Origin: Gammaproteobacteria bacterium
Lineage (GTDB): Bacteria > Pseudomonadota > Gammaproteobacteria > Pseudomonadales > Porticoccaceae
Length of the DNA: 64,000 bases
NCBI GenBank assembly: GCA_016708925.1
Contig: JADJET010000003.1
Location: forward strand, 82,465 to 146,464
Direction of reading: 5' to 3'
Notes under the pieces: model-generated
Databases searched by the model: none
What the model was told of the DNA's origin: nothing
The model's input: only the letters and a program-made list of their open reading frames with translations
In this document: positions 47,726 to 57,595 of the stretch, piece after piece
Layout of the letters: every line of letters begins with the position of its first letter
Position numbering within the stretch: position 1 is the stretch's first letter
Program-made: the position numbers and the translations under genes

Positions 47726-47803
47726 GGCGGGGGGGAAGACCGAGGGTGGGGTTGGAGGGCGGGGCGGGCGGTTTTTGTTTTGAGGAGGGGGGGGGGGTGG
47801 GCG
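47726..47803 (+). repeat. G-rich tract with G7 and G11 homopolymers (potential G-quadruplex / slipped-strand tract)
   Basis: GGCGGGGGGGAAGACCGAGGGTGGGGTTGGAGGGCGGGGCGGGCGG TTTTTGTTTTGAGGA GGGGGGGGGGG TGGGCG. G7 at 47729-47735 and G11 at 47787-47797. Lies 90-160 nt upstream of the minus-strand operon start. Confidence 0.9.
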
Positions 47804-48374
47804 AAATTGCCTTGAGTTGCCCAAGACGGAAAAAAGAATGGTCGAGACCCTCGGTAGTATTCCTATGATGATTTGATGGAGATCTACCGCCCAGCGGACC
47901 GACATCGAACGAAGCATGACGAGGCTCATGTTCAATTCATTGAGAATGAGCCTTGTCGAAAACGAAGAGGACAGCTAGCCTTGGAGTAACAGAAAGACGT
48001 TGACACCAGGGGCGCCTGGGACTGGCGGGTGGGGCGGGCCGGCATTTGACGGCGGCGCGGTGGGCGTGAGAAGCGTTTAGCTTTTAGGGGCCGCGCAATT
48101 ACACCCCTTTGGAGCCACTGCGCGTTTCCAGGCCTGGCGCGCGCATTTGTCGGTTGGTTCAGCGACCCCATGTTCTTGATACCTTGGAACCCCGTCGCCG
48201 CGGTAAACTAGTTATAGGGGACACTCTCGCAAGCAGGCAGGGTCTGGTCTCGCATTGTAGCGTGAACAGCGGAAGCCCCAGGTCAAATCTTGCGCTGTCG
48301 CATCCCCCGGAGGCACGCGACCAACGGCCGGCGCAAAGTGAATCGCGTGCCTGGCGCGGGACATGGTCCGCACC

Positions 48375-49733
48375 TCAGAGCATCCCCAGGCCGATGAAGG
48401 TGGCCGCGCCGGCCAAATAACCGGCCAATGCCAGCGCGCTGATGCGCTTGAAATACCAGAAAAAATCGATGCGCTCCATGCCCATCGCCGCGACGCCCGC
48501 CGCGGAACCAATGATCAGGCAGCTGCCGCCGGTCCCCGCGCAGAAGGCCAGCAGCTCCCAGAATTTGCCGTCCTGGACAAAGTACTGCAGCCACTGTGCA
48601 TCGCCGCCGGCGCCGGCCAGGGCTTCCGGGCTGATTAGCGGATACATCTTCATGGCGCCCGCTACCAGGGGCACGTTGTCGACGACGGAGGACAGCAGGC
48701 CGACAGCGATGTTGATCGCGTAGATGTTGCCCAGGCTCTCGCGCAGATAGGTGGCCACCTGATTCAGGTGTCCCGCGGTCGCCAGGCTGGACACCGCAAG
48801 CAGAATGCCCAGAAAGAACAGCACGCTGGTGGTATCGACGCGCCGCAATACGCCCACCACCGAGAGCGGGTGCTTGTCCTCCTGATTCTTGTCGCGGTGC
48901 AGGATCTCGGTGGTCACCCAGAGTACCGACAGTCCGAACAGCATGCCCATGTAAGGGGGCAAATGGGTCACTGTTTTGAACGCCGGCACGAACACCAGTG
49001 CGCCGATGCCCATGAAGAACACCAGCCTGCGCTCGAAGGGTGTGGTCGGATCGCCGATTTCCTCGAGTGACGGGCTGCGTACCGGGCGTTCAATCTCGCC
49101 CTTGAGCCGCACACTCACCAGCAGCAGAGGCACCAATATGCAGATCAGACTGGGCAGGAACAGCTGCTCAATGATGCTTACCGTAGTGATCTGACCGCCG
49201 ATCCACAGCATGGTGGTGGTGACGTCCCCGATCGGCGACCAGGCACCGCCCGCATTGGCAGCGATCACCACCATGCCCGCGTAGAACCAGCGCTCTTGCT
49301 GATCACGAATCAGCTTGCGCAACAGGGAAATCATGACGATGGTGGTAGTGAGATTGTCGAGCGCCGCCGATATGAAGAAGGTAATGAAACAGAGCACCCA
49401 CAACAGGCGGACTCTGTTGTGGGTGACGATGCGATCAGTGATGACCTTGAAACCCTCATGGGCATCGACCAGCTCCACGATGGTCATGGCGCCGAGCAGG
49501 AAGAACAGAATCTCGGCGATCTCGCCGAGATGGTGACGCAGTTCAGCGGCGATTCCGTGGAGTTCGTCGGGTGCGCTGGTGAAAATCTGGTCGGCGCCAA
49601 ACACCAGGATGGTCCAGCACAGCACCGCGGTGAGAATCGCCGAGGCGGCCTTGTCGATCTTGATGGGGTGTTCCAGCGCGATACACAGATATCCAACCAC
49701 GAACACTGCGGCCATCAAGAGGTAGGCTGACAT
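48375..49733 (-). CDS. nhaD: Na+/H+ antiporter NhaD
   Basis: 452 aa from MSAYLLMAAVFVVGY (ATG 49731-49733). NhaD/ArsB-superfamily blocks AALDNLTTTIVM, ANAGGAWSPIGDVTTTMLW and SSVVDNVPLV. Confidence 0.85.
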   Translation of the reverse strand: MSAYLLMAAVFVVGYLCIALEHPIKIDKAASAILTAVLCWTILVFGADQIFTSAPDELHGIAAELRHHLGEIAEILFFLLGAMTIVELVDAHEGFKVITDRIVTHNRVRLLWVLCFITFFISAALDNLTTTIVMISLLRKLIRDQQERWFYAGMVVIAANAGGAWSPIGDVTTTMLWIGGQITTVSIIEQLFLPSLICILVPLLLVSVRLKGEIERPVRSPSLEEIGDPTTPFERRLVFFMGIGALVFVPAFKTVTHLPPYMGMLFGLSVLWVTTEILHRDKNQEDKHPLSVVGVLRRVDTTSVLFFLGILLAVSSLATAGHLNQVATYLRESLGNIYAINIAVGLLSSVVDNVPLVAGAMKMYPLISPEALAGAGGDAQWLQYFVQDGKFWELLAFCAGTGGSCLIIGSAAGVAAMGMERIDFFWYFKRISALALAGYLAGAATFIGLGML

Positions 49734-49846
49734 GGACGACAGTTCTCCAGGCAGGATTTCGCTGCTTCCCGCCCGCTGGCGGCGGAAGCCGGAGCGGAAT
49801 CGGGGTAAAGAATAACGGATCTTGCTCCGCATTCCCGGACGCGCTA

Positions 49847-50088
49847 CTAAGCGACATCGTTAGCCTCAAATGCTGCCGGGCTCAGATAGCCCAGTTTTGC
49901 GTGAAGCCGTATCCGATTGTAATACACGTCAATATGTTGAGACGCCATATTCTTGGTTTGCGCGCGTGTCGGGAATTTTTCTCCATGAATCGCTTCGACC
50001 TTGAAACTGTGGCTCCAACTCTCCATCGCCGCATTGTCGTAGCAACGCCTTTCTTGCTCATGTGGCAAATCAGGCCGTGTTCACGCTA
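49847..50088 (-). mobile_element. IS3-family transposase remnant (C-terminal end of OrfB/integrase core only)
   Basis: The CYDNAAMESWSHSFKVEAIHGEKFPTRAQTKNMASQHIDVYYNRIRLHAKLGYLSPAAFE block is the classic IS3 OrfB C-terminus. Upstream, REHGLICHMSKKG lies in another frame (indel near 50041-50050) behind a TAG. No catalytic core and no inverted repeats were identified. Confidence 0.7.
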
Positions 50089-50102
50089 GCACGATACGAC
50101 AA

Positions 50103-50338
50103 AGGGGTCTCGTCTCGCATTGCAGTATCACCGCCACCTACACCTACGATGCCTGCCCTTTCAGCATTGGCCGCCTCTGTACCCGGGTGGACGCGAGCGG
50201 CAGCTACGCCTTCGCCCACGATGCCTATGGCAATCCGATCCGGCAGGACCACACCACGGGAGCGTCACTTGCACCACCCGCTATGGCTACGATGCCGTCA
50301 CGATGAACCGCAGCCCCCAAACCGGTCGATGGCGCGGC
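50103..50338 (+). pseudogene. Rhs/YD-repeat protein fragment (degraded, frameshifted)
   Basis: RGLVSHCSITATYTYDACPFSIGRLCTRVDASGSYAFAHDAYGNPIRQD, then after a frame change TTRYGYDAVTMNRSPQTGRW. This is the YD-repeat pattern (xxYxYDxxGxL) with no start or proper end. Confidence 0.5.
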
Positions 50339-51172
50339 CTATTCGACAGAGCTCGGAAGCTTGCGCAATGAGTAAACATCGAACCGTGTGGTTTTTCCGG
50401 TAACCGCAAAGGTGGGTTCGCGCCCGGCAAGCGGGGCCGCGTGGCGAGCGCGCTTTACCACCACCCGGTACTGCGCCCGCTCAAGAGCTAACTCCAAGAG
50501 CTCGTCCCCGTCGTGGTCGGCACCAACCAGACGCTGTAGAACCTGCATTTCTTTGCGTACCAAGGCGCTTTTGTGACGCTCCGGAAACATCGGGTCGAGA
50601 CAGATTACATCAGGCTGATCGGCGGTCGCCAACCAGATCCGAGCATCTGCGGCGACCAATGACATACGTTCGACCGCCGCCCGGATTCCAACGTTCGAGC
50701 TCTCCTGCCGGGCGCGGCGCAAACCGTCTTCCAGCAGGGCTGCAACGACGGGATGCCGCTCGACCATGACCACCCGCGCACCCAATCCTGCCAGTACGAA
50801 GGCATCCTCACCCAACCCCGCCGTAAGGTCCGCTATCAGCAGTTCAGACGTGTGCTTGATGCCTGCCGCGCGCGCGATTGCCTGGCCCACACCGCCGCCA
50901 TGATGATACCGATGTCGGATGCGACCGCCGGTAAAATCGCAGACGATGGCTCCGAAGTGGCCTTCGGAACTGAGCAACGCGAGGCCTTCACCACTGAGAC
51001 TCAGGATGAAGGGTGTTATGTTCTGGGCCGCGACCCCGGGACCCAGGAACGCCAGCCCCAAACTCCTGGCGAGCTCCCTCCCAGCCGCCAGATTGAGACG
51101 GTCGGCGGCGACGACAACCAGCGGGACTGAGCTCGGGATCACGGCTGGGCCCGCCGACAGATCACGCGGCAC
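50339..51172 (-). CDS. rsmJ: 16S rRNA (guanine1516-N2)-methyltransferase RsmJ-like class I SAM methyltransferase
   Basis: 277 aa (GTG start; the N-terminus may be shorter). LIADLTAGLGEDAFVLAGLGARVVMVERHP SAM-binding block, DVICLDPMFP and YRVVVKR, as in the RsmJ/DUF548 family. Confidence 0.72.
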   Translation of the reverse strand: MPRDLSAGPAVIPSSVPLVVVAADRLNLAAGRELARSLGLAFLGPGVAAQNITPFILSLSGEGLALLSSEGHFGAIVCDFTGGRIRHRYHHGGGVGQAIARAAGIKHTSELLIADLTAGLGEDAFVLAGLGARVVMVERHPVVAALLEDGLRRARQESSNVGIRAAVERMSLVAADARIWLATADQPDVICLDPMFPERHKSALVRKEMQVLQRLVGADHDGDELLELALERAQYRVVVKRARHAAPLAGREPTFAVTGKTTRFDVYSLRKLPSSVE

Positions 51173-51389
51173 AGACTTGCACCATGTTCAAAAACACAAC
51201 GCCGTCAACGTTTAATCTCGGCATTCCGAGTCTCCAGATCAAGACGGCAAAAACCGCAGGGATGGTCAATGAGCGATATCCCGGCGGCAACGTGGCGATC
51301 GCGCTCCGTGGCCGTGCAAGCCGTTGATCCTAGCCTTTCGGGGCCGGCTGCGGCTAGAATGCAGATCACAGTTTGAGAGGCCCGGGCCG

Positions 51390-51824
51390 ATGCGGCTATT
51401 CCTGTTTTTTGCGTTGGGGCCGATGCTCATTGCTGCCGGGTGCGGCCGGTACGAAGTCACCCTCAACGATCAGCCACTCCACAGCTTGCCGCGTCTCTTC
51501 ACAGACTATCGTATTGACGACCCAGCACTGCGCGATTGCGTCGCCCAAACCATTCGCGACAACAAAATTGCCGCCGGCCACGATCTCACCCGTCTGCTGT
51601 GTACCCACGCCGGCATTGTGGATCTCAGGGGACTGGAGATTTTCGGGTCGCTGGAAATCCTGAATCTGGCGGACAACAACATAACCACCATCGAGCCGCT
51701 ACTTTCACTGCCTTCCCTCGCGCAGCTCGACCTAAGCGCCAATCCCGGTCTCAATTGCACAGAGGGAGGCGCCTTGACGACCCGCGGCGTTGTTGTTGTA
51801 CTGCCGGCGCAGTGCCAGAAATAG
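51390..51824 (+). CDS. leucine-rich repeat lipoprotein
   Basis: 144 aa from MRLFLFFALGPMLIAAGC (lipobox). LRR units LRGLEIFGSLEILNLADNNITTIEPLLSLPSLAQLDLSANP. Confidence 0.65.
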   Translation: MRLFLFFALGPMLIAAGCGRYEVTLNDQPLHSLPRLFTDYRIDDPALRDCVAQTIRDNKIAAGHDLTRLLCTHAGIVDLRGLEIFGSLEILNLADNNITTIEPLLSLPSLAQLDLSANPGLNCTEGGALTTRGVVVVLPAQCQK

Positions 51825-51855
51825 CTATTACCTGGGCTGGGAAGCGACGCCTCAG

Positions 51856-51878
51856 TTACCCACAATTTCTGTGGATAA
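51856..51878. promoter_or_regulatory. inverted pair of DnaA-box-like 9-mers
   Basis: TTACCCACA (51856-51864, one mismatch to TTATCCACA) and TGTGGATAA (51870-51878, a perfect reverse-complement box) separated by 5 nt. A third box, TGTGGAAAA (one mismatch), lies at 52059-52067. Confidence 0.4.
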
Positions 51879-51970
51879 CTTTGTTGATAAAGATAATAAA
51901 CCGCGCCAAACACCTTGCGTTTGGCGGCACCATTACAGAATGACTATTTTTTCACCAAATTTAAATTTTT

Positions 51971-52012
51971 ATAAAAATCAAATAGTTATGGTTGTCTCAA
52001 ATAAAAATCAAA
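51971..52012 (+). repeat. 12-nt direct repeat ATAAAAATCAAA x2 in the AT-rich island
   Basis: Identical 12-mers at 51971-51982 and 52001-52012, 30 bp apart, inside the most AT-rich stretch of the window. Confidence 0.85.
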
Positions 52013-52195
52013 GGGTTGCGTCGTTTTTATAAAACAGCACTAACGCTTTCGCTCCAACTGTGGAAAACAAATCTGCGGCCCCAGGGTGGGCCTAGGGGAG
52101 GCCGTGCACAATTGCAAGCCCTCCCGCCCCGGAATGGACACACAAGCGCCCAAATATGAGTCATGGTGTTATGCCGGGGGAGGCCAACAGGACGA

Positions 52196-52909
52196 TCAGT
52201 CGAACCGCAATCCCAGCCGCTGACCAATCAGCTCGTAGGACTCCACCACCCGACCCAGGTCCTGACGGAATCGATCCTTGTCCAGTTTTTCCAGCGTATC
52301 GCGATCCCACACCCGGCAACCATCGGGAGTCACCTCGTCACCAAGCATCAACGCGCCGTTCATCAGCCCAAACTCCAGCTTGTAGTCCACCAGCACCATG
52401 CCGCCAGCGAGAAACAGGGGCGTAAGGATGTCGTTGATGCGGAAAGTAAGCTCTTTCATTCGCGCCACTTGCCAGGCTTCAGCCCAACCCAGGCTGTGGA
52501 TGTGGTACTCGTTGACCATGGGATCGCCGAGCGCATCGCTTTTGAGAAAGAATTCAAAGGTCGGCGGGGAGAGTACGCGCCCCTCGTCGATGCCATAGCG
52601 ACGGCACAGACTGCCCGCGGCAAGATTGCGGACCACGCATTCCAACGGCAGCATCGTCAGCCGTTTGACTAGCGTCTCGCGATCATCCAGCAGACGCACG
52701 AAGTGCGTTGGGATACCCGCCACCGCGAGCTTCTCCATGACGAAGGCATTGAACTTGTTATTCACCGACCCTTTGCGTTCCAGCTGCTCACGCTTCTTGC
52801 CGTCGAAGGCGGACGTATCGTCACGAAACAGCATCACCAGATGTTCCGGGTCGTCGGTCGCAAAGACCGATTTGGCCTTGCCGCGATAGAGCTCCTCGCG
52901 TTTTTCCAT
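52196..52909 (-). CDS. purC: phosphoribosylaminoimidazole-succinocarboxamide synthase
   Basis: 237 aa. [18 protein letters not shown] and [10 protein letters not shown] blocks of SAICAR synthetase. Confidence 0.95.
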   Translation of the reverse strand: MEKREELYRGKAKSVFATDDPEHLVMLFRDDTSAFDGKKREQLERKGSVNNKFNAFVMEKLAVAGIPTHFVRLLDDRETLVKRLTMLPLECVVRNLAAGSLCRRYGIDEGRVLSPPTFEFFLKSDALGDPMVNEYHIHSLGWAEAWQVARMKELTFRINDILTPLFLAGGMVLVDYKLEFGLMNGALMLGDEVTPDGCRVWDRDTLEKLDKDRFRQDLGRVVESYELIGQRLGLRFD

Positions 52910-52936
52910 AGTACTTGCCCCTCTCGGCTAGGTGGA

Positions 52937-53695
52937 TCAATACAGTTCCTGCCAGCCGAAACCTTCGTCCTGACTGGCATAAAGTACCTGATCAAGGTGC
53001 CCGGTCACCGGCGCCAACGCTTGCCGTACCAGCTCCGGGCTGTTGTTGTGCTGACTGATGTGCCCGACGACGAGCGTACGCAGCACGTCACCGCCAAGCC
53101 GCTGCAACAGGTCCGCCGTCTGGCCGTTGCTGAGATGACCCCAATCACCGCCCACCCGGCGTTTGAGCGCATCGGGATAGGACCCGGCGGCCAACAGCGC
53201 ACGATCATGATTGGCTTCGAGCAACAATCCATGGCAGTGCCGATAGCGCTCCACAACATGGGGCGTGACGCTACCCAGATCGGTCAGGATACCCAGCTTG
53301 TGATCCGCCGCCGCGAAGATGTACTGGACCGGCTCGCGTGCATCGTGGGGAACTGCCACAGCCTCCACCTCGAGACCGGCCAATTCCACCCGGGCGCCGC
53401 TGGCAATCACCCGAACCGGGTCATCGCGTCCGACGCCCACAGCACGCGCAGTGCCAGCCGTCATCAACACCGGGATGCCAAACCGCCGCGCCAGTGGCAA
53501 TACGCCGCTCACATGGTCGCCGTGCTCGTGGGTAACCAGGATTGCGGTCAGATCGGCGGGCGCACGCCCCAGCACGGCAAGTCTCCGGCAGGTCTCGCGT
53601 ACCGAAAACCCGCAATCGACCAACACACAGGCGTCACCAGTCTCCACGAGCGCAGCGTTGCCACGGCTCCCACTACCCAGGGAAGCGAACCGCAT
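52937..53695 (-). CDS. MBL-fold metallo-hydrolase (YycJ/PhnP-like)
   Basis: 252 aa. LGSGSRGNA, VLVDCG and THEHGDHVSG (HxHxDH) motifs. Confidence 0.8.
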   Translation of the reverse strand: MRFASLGSGSRGNAALVETGDACVLVDCGFSVRETCRRLAVLGRAPADLTAILVTHEHGDHVSGVLPLARRFGIPVLMTAGTARAVGVGRDDPVRVIASGARVELAGLEVEAVAVPHDAREPVQYIFAAADHKLGILTDLGSVTPHVVERYRHCHGLLLEANHDRALLAAGSYPDALKRRVGGDWGHLSNGQTADLLQRLGGDVLRTLVVGHISQHNNSPELVRQALAPVTGHLDQVLYASQDEGFGWQELY

Positions 53696-53701
53696 CGGCA
53701 G

Positions 53702-54739
53702 TCAGGCCAGGTTGGCACGGATCCGCTTGAGCAACTCGAGCACCCGGGTTCGTTCCAGTGCATCCTTCTCGCCGTTGACGCGCACCTGAACACCCTGGTC
53801 GGTGTCGTGCAGCTCGATCCGATAATTCGCCGCGACCGGTGCTTCGCGATCGGCTTTGCCGGCGCCCAGCATGCGCGCAAAAAATCCGGGCTTCTCCCGT
53901 TCGACATCCTCCTTGAGATTGACATAGAAAAGCCCGCGGGTACGATCCTGGTCGACAAGCAGGAACTCGTCACGGGACACCGAATGGGCGACTGACGCCC
54001 AGGACCGGTCATACCCCAACTTGATCAGCAGATAGGGCTCGGCGTCCGTGGTAGCAACCACCGCAACCTTGGCGCCACTGCCAATGGATTGCGCCAACAG
54101 CGATACGGAGCCGGCATTCGCGTCTCCCGCCAAACCACTGGCGATGAAGTCCGCCATGGCGCTCTCACGCTCATCCGCGAGCGAAGATTCTGGCCACGGG
54201 GGGACCGGGCCGTCTTTTGCCATGACCGCGTGGCCGACGGAGACCTCCGTGGTATCGGCCTGCATACCCTGCTCGAGGCGCAAGCGGTAGCGGTGGAGCT
54301 TGCCCGGATCGTCGTCAAACTCGATCCAAACCGTTTCAATCAAACCTTCCGCCGCATCGGCCCGGGCGACTCCAATATCGTTGGAGTTCAGCATGTTGCG
54401 CACCCGCGGCCACACTTCCGCCGGTGCACGGTTGATCCACACCCAGCGCTTGTCACCGAGCGACTGGACCTTGATTTCCTCTTCCAGCAGGGACGTCCCC
54501 AGCGGCTGTGGCCGCGGAATGCCCTGCCTCGACTCGGGGATCAACGGCTCCGCGACAGTGGGGATGACATACAGCTCCCCGAGCGCCTGACCGTCCAGAC
54601 CTTCGGGCACCTTGATGACCGGGTGTTCGCGAGCAACCAGATAGTCGTCGGCGCGGTTATGAAAAAGCCCGTCCTTCGCGAACATCCCACAACCAGGCAG
54701 AGTCAGCGCGAAGCAAAGTATTACCCCGAATCGTTTCAT
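53702..54739 (-). CDS. bamC: outer membrane protein assembly factor BamC (NlpB)
   Basis: 345 aa from MKRFGVILCFALTLPGC (lipobox; ATG 54737-54739, 8 nt after GAGG). Sits immediately downstream of dapA as in E. coli dapA-nlpB, with two helix-grip-like domains (YRLRLEQG). Confidence 0.75.
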   Translation of the reverse strand: MKRFGVILCFALTLPGCGMFAKDGLFHNRADDYLVAREHPVIKVPEGLDGQALGELYVIPTVAEPLIPESRQGIPRPQPLGTSLLEEEIKVQSLGDKRWVWINRAPAEVWPRVRNMLNSNDIGVARADAAEGLIETVWIEFDDDPGKLHRYRLRLEQGMQADTTEVSVGHAVMAKDGPVPPWPESSLADERESAMADFIASGLAGDANAGSVSLLAQSIGSGAKVAVVATTDAEPYLLIKLGYDRSWASVAHSVSRDEFLLVDQDRTRGLFYVNLKEDVEREKPGFFARMLGAGKADREAPVAANYRIELHDTDQGVQVRVNGEKDALERTRVLELLKRIRANLA

Positions 54740-54843
54740 CAGCATCACCTCGTACGGGACACCTTTCCCGAAACATCCTGCCGGATTGGCATCATCTCCG
54801 CATCGGTCATGGTGCGCGCCACAACACTGAACAACATGATCCG

Positions 54844-55722
54844 TCACAAGAGTCCGGCGCCCTGCATCGCTTCCCTCACCCTCGCGTGCAGGCCTGGAGA
54901 GAGTGGCGTCAACGGCAACCGGATGACATCCGCCATCAACCCGAGCTGGGCCACCGCCCATTTCGCCGGAATCGGATTCGACTCCAGGAACAACGCCCGA
55001 TGCAGCGGGAGGAGCCGGGCATTGATTGCCTCTGCCCGTTCCCGATCACCAGCCAGCGCCGCCGCACAAAGATCGCGCATCTGCTCCGGTGCGACATTGG
55101 CCGTGACTCCAATGTTGCCCTTGCCACCCAGCAGCATCAGATCCATGGCGGTGGCGTCGTCGCCGGAATACACCGCGAAGTCCTCCGGGCAGCGGGCGAC
55201 CAGATCGCGAGCGCGCCCAAGATCTCCGGTAGCCTCCTTGATACCGACGATATTGGGTACCTGCGCCAGCCTTACCACGGTGTCCGTCAGCATGTCGCAG
55301 CTCGTCCGGCCCGGCACATTGTAGAGAATCTGGGCAATATCCACGGCCTCGGCGATCGCCCGGTGGTGCCGATACAAACCTTCCTGCGTCGGCTTGTTGT
55401 AATACGGCGTAACCAGCAGGCACGCATCCGCGCCGCGTTCCCGCGCCCCGGTGGTCAGCTCAATGGCCTCGGTGGTGCTGTTGGCCCCGGTCCCGGCAAT
55501 GATGGGCAAACGCCCGGCCGCTTGCTCGACACAGACCTCTACAACCCGCAGATGTTCCTCGACCGACAAAGTCGGCGACTCACCCGTGGTGCCGACCGCG
55601 ACGATCGCCGCGGTACCGGCCGCCTGATGCCAATCCACCAGCCGGCGCAGTGCCGGATAATCTATCGCCTCGCTCCCCGGCAGCATGGGGGTAACCAAGG
55701 CAACGATGCTGCCGATAATCAT
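54844..55722 (-). CDS. dapA: 4-hydroxy-tetrahydrodipicolinate synthase
   Basis: 292 aa from [23 protein letters not shown] and YNVPGRT motifs. Confidence 0.95.
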   Translation of the reverse strand: MIIGSIVALVTPMLPGSEAIDYPALRRLVDWHQAAGTAAIVAVGTTGESPTLSVEEHLRVVEVCVEQAAGRLPIIAGTGANSTTEAIELTTGARERGADACLLVTPYYNKPTQEGLYRHHRAIAEAVDIAQILYNVPGRTSCDMLTDTVVRLAQVPNIVGIKEATGDLGRARDLVARCPEDFAVYSGDDATAMDLMLLGGKGNIGVTANVAPEQMRDLCAAALAGDRERAEAINARLLPLHRALFLESNPIPAKWAVAQLGLMADVIRLPLTPLSPGLHARVREAMQGAGLL

Positions 55723-55858
55723 TGGGGCTCCGCGATTTTTTCCCATGGTAGCCATGGCATTCATGACACACAAGCGACAGTGAACATACCGGACGCATTC
55801 AACCGGCGCCGCAAAAAAGAAAAGCGCCCCCGAATGTTCGGGAGCGCTTTGCCGCGAT

Positions 55859-55934
<76 letters not shown>

Positions 55935-56028
55935 AAGCCTCTATAAAAAACACGCCGCACCGGCGCGCGAGGAGCGGCATTCTAGGCAAGCCCCCGGAGG
56001 GGTGTCAACTTGAGTCGCGCGGCACGCG

Positions 56029-57543
56029 TCAACCCTCTGCGCCGGCGTTATCTCCATGCGTGCCCCGCAGCGCCGCAAAGTCCTGCTGCCACTGTTTGAG
56101 CTGCTTTTTCGACGGGCCACCCACATGTGCCAGCGCCGCGCGCAGACGGGCGCGCACCAGATCCGGGCCCAGGATCACCATGCTGTCGAACAGCGGCGGC
56201 GCCGAGGTCGCCCCGGCCACCGCGACATACAGCGGGGCGGTGAAATCCCGCAGTTTGTGGCCCATGGCCACCGCCAGTTCATTCAGCGCCTGATAAATCG
56301 GATCGCGCCGCCAGTCACCGAGCGCTTCGAGCGTCCAGGCGGAAAATTGCAGGATGCGGGCGCAGTCATCGGTGCTGAGCGTCTTGTGGGCGAACGCATC
56401 GGCGCCGAGCGCGGGCAGTCCCGATAACAGAAAGCTGGCGATGGGTGCGATATCGCTGAACTTTTCCACTCGATCCTTGATGAGCGGCACCACGCGTTCG
56501 AGGTGATTGCGGTTCAACGCCCAGGCCGCGACGCGATCCGCGAAAGCCGCATCGTCGAGGTTTTCCCGAATCCAGCGCCCGTTCAGCCAGTCGAGCTTCG
56601 CGGTATCGAAGACGGGACCGCCCAGATGCACCTTGTCGAGATCGAAGTGCGCGAGCATTTCGTCCAGCGTAAATTTCTCGGCTTCGTCCGGCATGGCCCA
56701 ACCCATGCGTCCGAGATAATTGAGCAGGGCTTCCGGCAGATAACCCATCGCCCGATAGTAGTTGATGCTGGTGGGATTCTTGCGCTTGCTGAGCTTGCTC
56801 TGATCGGGATTGCGCAGCAGCGGCAGATGACACAGTTCCGGCATCTGCCAACCGAAATACCGGTACAGCAACTGATGTTTGGGTGCGGAGTTGATCCACT
56901 CCTCACCGCGGATGACGTGAGTGATGCCCATGAGGTGATCGTCCACCACGTTCGCCAGATGATAGGTGGGCAGGCCATCGGCTTTCAGCAACACCTGCAT
57001 GTCGACCTGCGACCAGGCGATCTCGATTTCCCCCCGCAACCGATCCTGCAAGCGGCACACGCCGTCCGCCGGGATCTTCATGCGGATCACATGGGGCTCG
57101 CCCCGCGCCAGCCGCGCCTGTATTTCGGCATCCGTGAGCTGGAGTCCCCGGCCGTCATATTTCGGCGTCTCGCCCCGGGCAAGCTGAGCGCGGCGCATCG
57201 CGTCCAGCTCATCGGGCGTGGCGAAACAGAGAAAGGCGTCGCCCTGGGCCACAAGCTGTTCGGCATAGCCGCGATAGGTATCGCCGCGCTCACTCTGTCG
57301 GTACGGACCGTGTGGACCGCCCACATCCGGGCCTTCGTCCCAGTGCAGCCCGAGCCAGCGCAGGGCATCCAGGATCATGGTTTCCGACGCCGCCGTGCTG
57401 CGCGCGCGGTCCGTATCCTCGATGCGCAGAATGAACTGGCCGCCGTGGCGGCGCGCGAAACAATAATTGAAAAGCGCGATGTAAGCGGTGCCCACATGGG
57501 GATCGCCCGTGGGCGACGGCGCGACGCGGGTACGAACAGTCAT
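56029..57543 (-). CDS. gltX: glutamate--tRNA ligase
   Basis: 504 aa. [16 protein letters not shown] (HIGH region) and KLSKRK (KMSKS). Confidence 0.95.
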   Translation of the reverse strand: MTVRTRVAPSPTGDPHVGTAYIALFNYCFARRHGGQFILRIEDTDRARSTAASETMILDALRWLGLHWDEGPDVGGPHGPYRQSERGDTYRGYAEQLVAQGDAFLCFATPDELDAMRRAQLARGETPKYDGRGLQLTDAEIQARLARGEPHVIRMKIPADGVCRLQDRLRGEIEIAWSQVDMQVLLKADGLPTYHLANVVDDHLMGITHVIRGEEWINSAPKHQLLYRYFGWQMPELCHLPLLRNPDQSKLSKRKNPTSINYYRAMGYLPEALLNYLGRMGWAMPDEAEKFTLDEMLAHFDLDKVHLGGPVFDTAKLDWLNGRWIRENLDDAAFADRVAAWALNRNHLERVVPLIKDRVEKFSDIAPIASFLLSGLPALGADAFAHKTLSTDDCARILQFSAWTLEALGDWRRDPIYQALNELAVAMGHKLRDFTAPLYVAVAGATSAPPLFDSMVILGPDLVRARLRAALAHVGGPSKKQLKQWQQDFAALRGTHGDNAGAEG

Positions 57544-57595
57544 GGGGCTGTGTCCGAACTTCAGGGGCGCGGATTATAAACCGCAGCTCCCACCG

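Noticed and set aside
47875-47988. A 37-codon ORF (MEIYRPADRHRTKHDEAHVQFIENEPCRKRRGQLALE) and a long hairpin (47922-47953) in the non-coding scar, considered as a small toxin, antitoxin or sRNA.
   Set aside because: The ORF has no SD sequence and no recognisable family, and the hairpin has no T-tail on either strand. The evidence is insufficient and the region looks like degraded DNA.
48109-48420. A 103-aa ORF on the plus strand overlapping the nhaD 3' end.
   Set aside because: Only a 7-residue stretch (GLVSHCS) matches the Rhs remnant at 50.1 kb. The rest is low-complexity and overlaps nhaD antisense, so it is treated as an Rhs-derived DNA fragment and not as a gene.
51856-52067. A chromosomal replication origin (oriC).
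   Set aside because: Only three DnaA-box-like sites occur, and no dnaA, dnaN, gidA or mioC lies nearby. Genes on both flanks (rsmJ on the left; purC, dapA, gltX on the right) are predominantly on the minus strand instead of diverging from the site. Kept as a DnaA-box island finding, not called as oriC.
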